From: a virus
DNA: 64,000 nt
Reading direction: 5' to 3' (one strand)
Virus record (IMG/VR): IMGVR_UViG_3300002835_000017
Below, one piece after another: positions 39,191 through 47,888 of the stretch; the stretch's first letter is position 1; every line of letters starts with the position of its first letter. The position numbers were made by a program, and so were the translations under genes. A model generated the notes under the pieces. It saw nothing but the letters and a program-made list of their open reading frames with translations. It made no database searches and had not been told where the DNA came from.

Positions 39191-41641
39191 TTATAAACCT
39201 TTATTATTTGTACAATTATTTAAATCTATTCTTAATTGCTCTATTTGTAATTGTTGTTCTTTAATACCTTCGATTAGTAATGCTACTAACTTATCGTATT
39301 TAACTGCCTTAAATCCACTCTCTCTTGTCTGAACTAATTGAGGTAATACTGCTTCAATTTCTTGTGCGATTACACCCACATCGTTTCCTTCATATCCGTG
39401 CTCAACTTTGTTTTCTTCTTTCCAATCGTATGTGTTACCACTAATCTTTCTGATTTTGTCGATTGCGTTTTCAATTGGTTTGATGTTTTCTTTGAAACGA
39501 ATATCAGAAGATGAAAATGCAACGATATCATTTGCTGCATCAATTCTACCTGCAGTTCCAGTTGCAGCCATTCCTATACCTAAAGAGTTAAATCTTACGT
39601 TATCAGATGTTGCAACTGCTTGTCCGATTGAGATAGTTACTGCTCCAGTTGCTCCACTTACCGTTACACCTGTACCTGCAACATTTGAAGTTACACCTGT
39701 GTTTGCAATTGTTACTCCAGTAGAACCATTATACGATGTTCCACTTAATCCCGTACCAATTGTTAAGGTTGCTAAATTAGAACCTAAAGCGATACCTGAA
39801 ATTGTATTATTTGTTAATCCAATTGTTGGAGTTGCACCTTCACCACTATTATTAGAAAGAGTAATGTTAGTTCCTGCTACTAATGATGCTACATAGTTAC
39901 CAGATGTTCTAGTCCCTAATGCAATATCACCCGTTGTAGATGCTACGTTAATTTGTCCAGAACCTGAAACAACCGTATTTGCATCTAATTGAGTTTTTAC
40001 ACCCGTTGCAAATCCAGTAGTTGAACCTGCGGTAATTTGTGATGAACCAGATACTAAATTTGGAATAGTAATATCAGCAGAACCATTAAATGAAGTTCCG
40101 TTTATTGTTCTTGCAGTTGCTAATGTAGTTGCGGTTGATGCGTTACCTGTTAATGCTCCCGTAAATCCAGTTGAACTAACCGAAGTTAAACCTGCTATTG
40201 TTGTTGCAGTTCCACCTAATGCAATTGCAGTTGAACCAACTGTCACTGTATTAGTAGTGATTGAAGAACCTACTACCTGTGAAGAACCACTTATAACCGT
40301 TTCTGCATTTAATCTTGTCTTAATTGTAGTATTAATAGAAGATGTAAATGTTTCTAAATTAGATGTTTCAACTTCTAATGCAGTTAATCTTGTAATTGCA
40401 CTTCCACTTGCAGTTGATAATTGGTCTAATCTACTTGTTTGTGTAGTATTAGTTGTATCATTTGAACCAGTATATGTATTTAAAGAACTCAATATACCAA
40501 TTACTTGCGAAGAACCACTTACTACACCATTTGTTGCATTTATTGCTCCATTAAACGATGTTGCAGTTGATGCTCCTATTGTTGTAAGTGAACCACTTAT
40601 TTGAACTGAACCTGTAAATGAATGTGTATCATTCCCCGCATCACCAAATCGGTTAGAACCGCTACTAAATACAACACTTGCCGTTTGATTAACAGTTGTT
40701 AAATTTATAATAGTTAAATCTGTAATACTAGTTCCACTTAATTGTGAAGAACCACTAATAGTTCCCGTTGGTAATAATGGAGTAACTTGTGCTGCTCCAC
40801 TTACTATTCCTGCTGGTATAGAACTAATACTCGCGTATGCAATTTGTGATGAACCGGAAACAACTGTATTTGAATCCAATTGAGTTTTAATCGTTGTATT
40901 AATCGAAGATGTAAATGATTCTAAATTAGCAGTTTCAATTAATAAACTTGCAGTTGTTGTGTTTAAGTTTGCTACTGAAACTGTATTTGCAGATGCAGTT
41001 AAAATCAATGAACCAGAAATAGTTGCTAATGCAGTATTTTGAGTTAATTGAGATGATGTAAATGCATTAAATGAAGATGTTTCTGCATAATTACTAGTTG
41101 AACCAACAGATGATGATTGTGCAACTGTTTGAGTTACTACACCAGTATTATCCACAAATGCAATTGATGCAGTTGTAATTTGTACATTACCAATTTGAAT
41201 ACCACCACCTGCTACTGCATTAATTGTTGTTACTACTTGATTATTTGCAGGATTAACCATTTTGATTGAACCTGTTGAGATATATAAATCTCTCCAAAAT
41301 TTAGTAGCAGAACCTAAATCAAATGCGTTTGTAGTTTGTGGAATAAGAGATGAACTCAAAGATGCTACAACATTTACAGTATCAGATGATGCATCACCAA
41401 TTGTGATAGCTCCACCTAATGTTAAATTACCTGCAATATTTGCGTTTCCGGTAATATCTAACCCTGAACCTGAAATTGCTCCGAAATTTCCAGTACTACC
41501 TGTACCAGATGAACCTAATATAATGTCTCCGTTTGGACCACCAATTAATAAAGTTCCTAATGTTGTGTTTACATACGGTTCTCCGAATGCTAACGAACCT
41601 GATTGTTGTGCGGTTGTCCCACGTCTAAATTTAAGTGCCAT
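39191..41641 (-). CDS. Tail fibre-like protein with C-terminal peptidase S74 chaperone
   Basis: N-terminal KFRRG..L.FGE; SSDIRFKENI...GVIAQE...V.Y.KL..LLIE.IKE. Confidence 0.85.
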   Translation of the reverse strand: MALKFRRGTTAQQSGSLAFGEPYVNTTLGTLLIGGPNGDIILGSSGTGSTGNFGAISGSGLDITGNANIAGNLTLGGAITIGDASSDTVNVVASLSSSLIPQTTNAFDLGSATKFWRDLYISTGSIKMVNPANNQVVTTINAVAGGGIQIGNVQITTASIAFVDNTGVVTQTVAQSSSVGSTSNYAETSSFNAFTSSQLTQNTALATISGSLILTASANTVSVANLNTTTASLLIETANLESFTSSINTTIKTQLDSNTVVSGSSQIAYASISSIPAGIVSGAAQVTPLLPTGTISGSSQLSGTSITDLTIINLTTVNQTASVVFSSGSNRFGDAGNDTHSFTGSVQISGSLTTIGASTATSFNGAINATNGVVSGSSQVIGILSSLNTYTGSNDTTNTTQTSRLDQLSTASGSAITRLTALEVETSNLETFTSSINTTIKTRLNAETVISGSSQVVGSSITTNTVTVGSTAIALGGTATTIAGLTSVSSTGFTGALTGNASTATTLATARTINGTSFNGSADITIPNLVSGSSQITAGSTTGFATGVKTQLDANTVVSGSGQINVASTTGDIALGTRTSGNYVASLVAGTNITLSNNSGEGATPTIGLTNNTISGIALGSNLATLTIGTGLSGTSYNGSTGVTIANTGVTSNVAGTGVTVSGATGAVTISIGQAVATSDNVRFNSLGIGMAATGTAGRIDAANDIVAFSSSDIRFKENIKPIENAIDKIRKISGNTYDWKEENKVEHGYEGNDVGVIAQEIEAVLPQLVQTRESGFKAVKYDKLVALLIEGIKEQQLQIEQLRIDLNNCTNNKGL

Positions 41642-41691
41642 CTAGTTTACCTTTTTTTTAGTACGATTAATTATGTTATGTGTATAAATAT

Positions 41692-43233
41692 TTATTTATT
41701 TTCCAAACTATTAACTCTTGCTGATAATTCTTTTATCGCTTCGATTAATAGTGGAATTATTTTTTCATATTGAACTGCTTTATATCCGTTATCTCTATTT
41801 GTTACAATTTGTGGAAGGATTTCTTCAATTTCTTGTGCTATTACTCCAACATCATTTCCTTTATGAGAATGTATTTCTTCATATCCTTCTTTCCAATTGT
41901 ATGTGTTACCACTAATTGATTCAACTTTTTCCAATGCGTTTTGGATTGGTTGGATATTTTCTTTTAATCTAATATCGGATGAGTAAAATGCAGTAATATC
42001 ACCCGTTGCTCTAATTTCACCAGCCGTTGTTGATGCGGTGGTTCCAATCCCCAATGAATTGAATTGTGGATTCGCATCTGTTTTTATACTTTGTGCCAAT
42101 GTCAATGTTACATCTGCACTTTCCAATCCAGAACCCGCAGCAGTTAAACCATTGGTAGTATTACCTGCAATAGTTTGAACATAATTACCAGATGTTCTAG
42201 TCCCTAATGCAATATCACCCGTTGTAGATGCAACATTAATTTGTGCCGAACCAGATACTACACCATCTGCATTTAATTTAGTTTTAACTCTAGCATCGGT
42301 ATAATATAAATTAGTACCTTCAGATAAGTTAGTTGTACTAAATCCACTTAATGAAATTTGAGAAGAACCAGATACTACCGTATTTGAATTTAATTGAGTT
42401 TTTACATCGGTTGCAAAGTTTGTAGTAGAACCTGCGGTTATTTGAGATGAACCAGAAATTACACCATCAGCATCCAACTTTGATTTAATAGTTGTATTAA
42501 TTGAAGATGTAAATGATTCCAAATTAGCCGTTTCAATCAATAAACTTGCAGTTGCGGAGTTTAAATTAGTTATAGATACTCCTTGTGAGTCATTTGTAGT
42601 TTTAGCTGCTGATGCTGAACTAATTAATGAACCAGTAATAGTTGCTAATGCGGTGTCGTAAGCAGTAAATCCGGTAGTTGATTGTAAAGTTACTTGTGAT
42701 GACCCACTTACTAACCCACTTCCACCTAATATTTGAGATGAACCAGAGATTACTCCGTTAGTTGCGTTTATTGTACCATTGAATGATGTTGCAGTTGATG
42801 CACCTATTGTATTAATTGAACCACTTATTTGAACTGAACCTGTAAATTCATGGTTATCATTACTAAAATCACCAAATTTATTAGAACCACTACTAAATAA
42901 AACACTTGCGGTTTGATTAACAGTTGTTAAATTTATAATAGTTAAATCTGTAATAGTAGTTCCACTTAATTGAGATGAACCAGAAACTACACCAGATGGA
43001 AGGTTTGAACTAACACTTCCTATTTGTAGTTGAGTCCAACCATTTTCATTTCCTACATTTACAGTATCGGTTAATACCCAAACTGTATTACTATCTTGCT
43101 GAAAAACTATTAACCCCTCATATACATTAGCAGATGATAAAGCGTAACGGGCAGTCTGGTCCGCTAATGTTATTCTAGCATCAACGGGTTCGTTGTTAGT
43201 TATGTTAAATCCACCAGGTAATATAATTGCCAT
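41692..43233 (-). CDS. Fibre-like protein with C-terminal peptidase S74 chaperone
   Basis: SSDIRLKENI, GVIAQE, coiled-coil end; paralogous blocks shared with 39191-41641. Confidence 0.85.
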   Translation of the reverse strand: MAIILPGGFNITNNEPVDARITLADQTARYALSSANVYEGLIVFQQDSNTVWVLTDTVNVGNENGWTQLQIGSVSSNLPSGVVSGSSQLSGTTITDLTIINLTTVNQTASVLFSSGSNKFGDFSNDNHEFTGSVQISGSINTIGASTATSFNGTINATNGVISGSSQILGGSGLVSGSSQVTLQSTTGFTAYDTALATITGSLISSASAAKTTNDSQGVSITNLNSATASLLIETANLESFTSSINTTIKSKLDADGVISGSSQITAGSTTNFATDVKTQLNSNTVVSGSSQISLSGFSTTNLSEGTNLYYTDARVKTKLNADGVVSGSAQINVASTTGDIALGTRTSGNYVQTIAGNTTNGLTAAGSGLESADVTLTLAQSIKTDANPQFNSLGIGTTASTTAGEIRATGDITAFYSSDIRLKENIQPIQNALEKVESISGNTYNWKEGYEEIHSHKGNDVGVIAQEIEEILPQIVTNRDNGYKAVQYEKIIPLLIEAIKELSARVNSLENK

Positions 43234-43248
43234 TTCTTATTTTTTATT

Positions 43249-46200
43249 TTATGTTAATGTATATGTTATACTACTTCCAGCACCACCTGCTTGCAAAGTA
43301 TTTATTTTATAAACTTTATATTGTCCAACTGTTGTTACACTAAATTGTCCTAATACACCAAATCCGCTTGTAGTAATGTTTGACAAATTCGATAGTGAAC
43401 TATTAAATACTATATAATGGTATTTATCTCCAGTCCAACTAATTGTTACCGATTGTCCACTTGCAGTTGTTGTTCCTTTTACAATAGTACCAATAGTACC
43501 ACCCAATGTAGTATCCCATGCTCCAATGTTTTCCAATTCTCCTGCAGTAAATGATTCTGCGGTACTTGCACCATATCTTAAACTTCTAATTTTTGTATAT
43601 GTAGTAGTTGCCGTAGATGTGGTTGTTAAATCTGGTATATTATCACCAATTGGAGATTCATAGTTTGCAGTTGCCGTTATACTAATTGAAGTAGACCCCG
43701 TTGCAGAACCTGTCACAAAGTATGGTGTACTAACATTTGTTGTAGTATTTACCAAATTCCAACCCAATGAAGGATTTGCAGATGATGATGTAAATGTGAT
43801 ACTACCAGTTGCACCTTGTTCGATTTGATTTGATGAAGCTCCTAATTGAACCGTTACCGTTGGTGATATAGTAGGAGATGCTGGATTTGATTTTGAAATT
43901 GTTCCAGTAGCCGTAGTAGAAGTTTTATATAAAGTACCATCTAATGGAGAACTTGCAGTATATTCCAATCTATATGTGTGTGAACCAGATGTTGTTGCGT
44001 TATATGATAATGATGTTCCACTACCAACTTCAGTTAATAAGGTAGAACCTTCGTATAAAGATGCACTTACTAATGTATATCCTTGATTACTCCAAGTACC
44101 ATTTACAATATATGCATCATTTACATTATTAAATCTATCAACTAAAAATCCACTTAAAGATGTTGCTATTGATGTTGGTATTGCCGGAGTTCCGAATATA
44201 AATTTTAAAGTTCCATTTATAAATGTTACCGCTACATTACTATCAAAATCTGCCACTTCAATTCCAGTTAATTGTTCTATACTATTTGTTACATAATTAA
44301 TATATCCAGATGCCGATGCTAAACCCGCTATGGAAGCAGATACGGATTCACTAAATGATGATGTAAATGATTCCAAATTATCAATTGAAATTTGAGCAGA
44401 TGCAGTAAATTGATTTAATTTAGTAAATTCTGCTGCTAAACCTGCTCCTATCGAAATAGATGCAGTATATTCCAAATCATCTAATCTAACTTCTGTTGAA
44501 GTTGTGTATGAATTTAAAGATGCTGTAAATTGGTGAATCGAACCAGTTACCTGTGCTAATGTAGTAAATCTTCCTTCTAAACTACCTGTTTCCGTTTCTA
44601 ATGATAGTAATCTACCATTTGCAGAAGATGTAAATGTATTCAAACTTCCAGTCGAAGTTTCAATTAAATCTAATCTGCCATTTGCGGAGGATGTAAATGT
44701 ATTCAAACTTCCAGTCGAAGTTTCAATTAAATTTAATCTAGTATTTGCAGAAGATGTAAATGTATTCAAACTTCCAGTCGAAGTTTCAATTAAATCTAAC
44801 CTACCTAAAGTTGAAGAACTAAAAGTATTTAAACTTCCAGTCGAAGTTTCTAATAATTCTAATCTAGTATTTGCAGAAGATGTAAATGTATTTAAACTTC
44901 CAGTGGATGTTTCTAATAATCCTAATCTAGTATTAGTAGATTGTGAAAATACGTTTAAATCTGTTAGTTGTAAAGATGATGATATAACACTATCTCCACC
45001 TGCTAAAAGAATTGTTGATTCAGAACCACTTACACCTGCTATCCATTTATCAGTTGTTGAATTCCATAATAATGAACCAGATGATAATGTGCCTGTTGCA
45101 TCTTTTGTGTAAATACCGGAAAGTGTTTGTGAACCACCATAATTTAATTCAATAATATTATCTCCAATATTAAGAGTTGTTGAATCGATTTGAGTAGTCG
45201 TTCCTTTTACAGTTAAATTACCATTAATTGTTATATCAGCACCACTTGCAGTAATTGCGGTTTTTAAAGATGATGTATATGAGTTTAATTCTGCTATTGA
45301 TGTTTTAACACTAGCAGAAGTTATTTCCAAATTATCCAATCTACCATCTTGTATTGGAAGTGAACCTGAAAATGAACCTGTGAATCCAGATAATCCAATC
45401 ACTGAACCAGTTACCGTAAGATTTTCATCTATCCTTAAACTTGAAAGTAATAATCGAGTGTCTTGATGGATATATACGTTTTTATTTGCAAAACTTTGAA
45501 CACTTAATATTGGATAAGGTACTGTATCTTCTTCATAATCAATATAAGCACCTGCAAAATCTGCTTTTAATTTTATTGCAATATCATCATTATATAAATC
45601 ATTATTATGTCTTAATTCTAAAATAGCATTTCCATCATTTGGAGCAGTTATGTTATGAGTAAAAGTTAAAGAACTTGTTAATTGCCCACTTCCAGTTAAA
45701 ATACTAAATTCACCATCAACGATATTTAAAGAACCAGTTACAATTTGATTGCCTCTAAAATTATTACTTCCAGTTGTTGCATAAGAACCAGTTAATGAAT
45801 TCAATGGTCCTAATATTCCAATTATTTGCGATGAACCACTTACTACTCCTTGTGGTAAAGATGCTGCTATTTGGGATGAGCCTGATATAACACCATTTGT
45901 TGCAGCTATTGCACCACTTATAGATGTTCCATATACATTTCTCCAAGGTGCGGAAATTGTACCAACATCAATTGCTCCATTTGGAACTAAATTAGTATTA
46001 AATTGACCTAAAGCAGAAATATTATCAGCGGAAGCATTACCTAAATAGATATTTCCACCAACTCTTACATCACCAGAAGCGGATATATTACCAACTAAAT
46101 TAATATCACCATACGATGGTACGTTTAATGGTAATAATGTAATTGGGTTATTTGAACCACTACCAAATTGAATAGAACCACTCCCCTTATGTAAATATAA

Positions 46201-46260
46201 CTCACCATCCGTTATGGATATGTTTGTATCACCTCTTCTTATTTGAAATATAGCTGCCAT
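43249..46260 (-). CDS. Ser/Thr-rich fibre-like protein with 20-aa tandem repeats
   Basis: N-terminal QIRRG..GELY; repeat LIETSTGSLNTFTSSANTRL. Confidence 0.7.
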   Translation of the reverse strand: MAAIFQIRRGDTNISITDGELYLHKGSGSIQFGSGSNNPITLLPLNVPSYGDINLVGNISASGDVRVGGNIYLGNASADNISALGQFNTNLVPNGAIDVGTISAPWRNVYGTSISGAIAATNGVISGSSQIAASLPQGVVSGSSQIIGILGPLNSLTGSYATTGSNNFRGNQIVTGSLNIVDGEFSILTGSGQLTSSLTFTHNITAPNDGNAILELRHNNDLYNDDIAIKLKADFAGAYIDYEEDTVPYPILSVQSFANKNVYIHQDTRLLLSSLRIDENLTVTGSVIGLSGFTGSFSGSLPIQDGRLDNLEITSASVKTSIAELNSYTSSLKTAITASGADITINGNLTVKGTTTQIDSTTLNIGDNIIELNYGGSQTLSGIYTKDATGTLSSGSLLWNSTTDKWIAGVSGSESTILLAGGDSVISSSLQLTDLNVFSQSTNTRLGLLETSTGSLNTFTSSANTRLELLETSTGSLNTFSSSTLGRLDLIETSTGSLNTFTSSANTRLNLIETSTGSLNTFTSSANGRLDLIETSTGSLNTFTSSANGRLLSLETETGSLEGRFTTLAQVTGSIHQFTASLNSYTTSTEVRLDDLEYTASISIGAGLAAEFTKLNQFTASAQISIDNLESFTSSFSESVSASIAGLASASGYINYVTNSIEQLTGIEVADFDSNVAVTFINGTLKFIFGTPAIPTSIATSLSGFLVDRFNNVNDAYIVNGTWSNQGYTLVSASLYEGSTLLTEVGSGTSLSYNATTSGSHTYRLEYTASSPLDGTLYKTSTTATGTISKSNPASPTISPTVTVQLGASSNQIEQGATGSITFTSSSANPSLGWNLVNTTTNVSTPYFVTGSATGSTSISITATANYESPIGDNIPDLTTTSTATTTYTKIRSLRYGASTAESFTAGELENIGAWDTTLGGTIGTIVKGTTTASGQSVTISWTGDKYHYIVFNSSLSNLSNITTSGFGVLGQFSVTTVGQYKVYKINTLQAGGAGSSITYTLT
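44581..44940 (-). repeat. 60-bp coding tandem repeat, about 6 units
   Basis: aaacttccagt(c/g)ga recurs at exact 60-nt period. Confidence 0.9.
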
Positions 46261-46290
46261 TTATTGTTATTTCTGTTTTGTATAAATATC

Positions 46291-47091
46291 TTAAATATTA
46301 AAATCTAAATCACCTGATTCTGAAATATATTTTGCCAAGTGCATATAGTTTGCAGTTATACTACCTGTTGTTACATTTATAGCAGATGAACTAACTGATA
46401 AATGAGTATTTCCGTTTACTAAAACATCAAAAGAACCAGTTCTAGCAATTGCTTGTGTATTTCCTGTACTATCCTCTATAAAGTTTACAGTTCCTGCTGC
46501 TTCTGGGTCTAAATTAAAATCAAATGTATTTGGGCCAGGCGCTACTCCTACTTCTGTTCCATTTACTAATAAGGAACCACTTACGGAAACTGAACCTGTA
46601 AATGAATGTATATCATCGGATGTATCTCCAAATTTAGTTGAACCACTTTGAAAAATTATAGATGATGAAATTACACTAATATTAAATTGTCGTGCATTTA
46701 CTTCACCTAATACGGTTAAATTGTTTGTTATGGTTTGGGAACCACTTAATATTAAACTTCCACTTAATAATGCGGAACTACCAGTGATATCACCACTTAT
46801 GTCGATATCACCTGCTCCTATAATATCATTTGTTACATATAAATCTCTAGTAATATTGGCATCTTGTGTTACTACTAATTCTCCAAAGGAACCAGTTTTT
46901 GTTAGAGTTATTGAACCTGTTGTAGTTGAATTCGTTACTACAATTCCTTCAACAGAATCTAAATTTCCCGAACGCTTAATAAACAACTTACCATCGTAAG
47001 TATTTATTGCTATTTCACCAACATTTAATGAGCCCGTATCGGGTACTTTTCCAGGTAGCGATGAACGCTTTAGTATAATACTTTGTGCCAT
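46291..47091 (-). CDS. Short fibre/adaptor-like protein
   Basis: MAQSIILKRS..GKVPDTGSL.VGE; paralog of 47183-47821. Confidence 0.65.
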   Translation of the reverse strand: MAQSIILKRSSLPGKVPDTGSLNVGEIAINTYDGKLFIKRSGNLDSVEGIVVTNSTTTGSITLTKTGSFGELVVTQDANITRDLYVTNDIIGAGDIDISGDITGSSALLSGSLILSGSQTITNNLTVLGEVNARQFNISVISSSIIFQSGSTKFGDTSDDIHSFTGSVSVSGSLLVNGTEVGVAPGPNTFDFNLDPEAAGTVNFIEDSTGNTQAIARTGSFDVLVNGNTHLSVSSSAINVTTGSITANYMHLAKYISESGDLDFNI

Positions 47092-47124
47092 ATATATGGT
47101 CTATAAATTTTTAAGTTGTGTAAC

Positions 47125-47154
47125 AAAAAAAAGGTACTATATGTATAGTACCTT
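47125..47154 (-). terminator. Intrinsic terminator
   Basis: AAGGTACTAT-ACAT-ATAGTACCTT then T run. Confidence 0.75.
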
Positions 47155-47182
47155 TATAAATATATAATATTTTTATAATTGT

Positions 47183-47821
47183 TTAAAATTCTCCCGCATC
47201 TGAACCAGATTCTAAAGCTGCTAATCTATTAGCTACTGAACCACTAAATGCTAATACATCTCCAATTCCGTAAAGTGAACCACTAAACCCATTTGTAGTT
47301 GTAAAAGTTCCTCTTACCTGTTCGTTGTATCTGAATTCAACTGCCGATGGAGTAGTTGCTACTTTGTAAAGAGAACCACTACCTTGTATATATCCGATTG
47401 TACCTGCGAATGGTTCTGAATTGAAATCAAAATCATCAGGTCTCATTGATGCGGTGATTCCAGTTAATGCACCACCATTACCTATGAATACGGATGCCGA
47501 TACAATAGATGCAGATACTGCTCCTGCTATATCAATATCACCATTTCCAACGATATCTCTAGTTACATATAAATCTTGTCCAACATTTGCATCAAATGTG
47601 ATACTAGCTTCTCCAAATGAACCCGTTCCTGTCAATGTTATTGAACCAGTGGTAATCGAATTGGTAGTAACTAATGTTTCAATTGATTGTGAAGAACCAG
47701 ATTTATGTAAATAAACCTTACCATCATATACGTTTATACCTAACTCACCTACTAATAGAGAGCCAGTATCAGGAACTTTTCCTGATGTCAGCGACCGTTT
47801 TTGTAATATTTTTTGAGCCAT
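47183..47821 (-). CDS. Short fibre/adaptor-like protein
   Basis: MAQKILQKRS..GKVPDTGSL.VGE; ends DAGEF. Confidence 0.65.
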   Translation of the reverse strand: MAQKILQKRSLTSGKVPDTGSLLVGELGINVYDGKVYLHKSGSSQSIETLVTTNSITTGSITLTGTGSFGEASITFDANVGQDLYVTRDIVGNGDIDIAGAVSASIVSASVFIGNGGALTGITASMRPDDFDFNSEPFAGTIGYIQGSGSLYKVATTPSAVEFRYNEQVRGTFTTTNGFSGSLYGIGDVLAFSGSVANRLAALESGSDAGEF

Positions 47822-47854
47822 TATATTTGATGTTTTTTGTCCATTAATAATTTT

Positions 47855-47880
47855 AAAAAACCCCCCTCATTAGGAGGGGG
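47855..47880 (-). terminator. Intrinsic terminator
   Basis: CCCCCTC-CTAAT-GAGGGGG then T6, directly after the 47889 stop. Confidence 0.8.
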
Positions 47881-47888
47881 ATTATTAT

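Noticed and set aside
44581-44940. CRISPR-like array
   Set aside because: In-frame coding tandem repeat with no unique spacers
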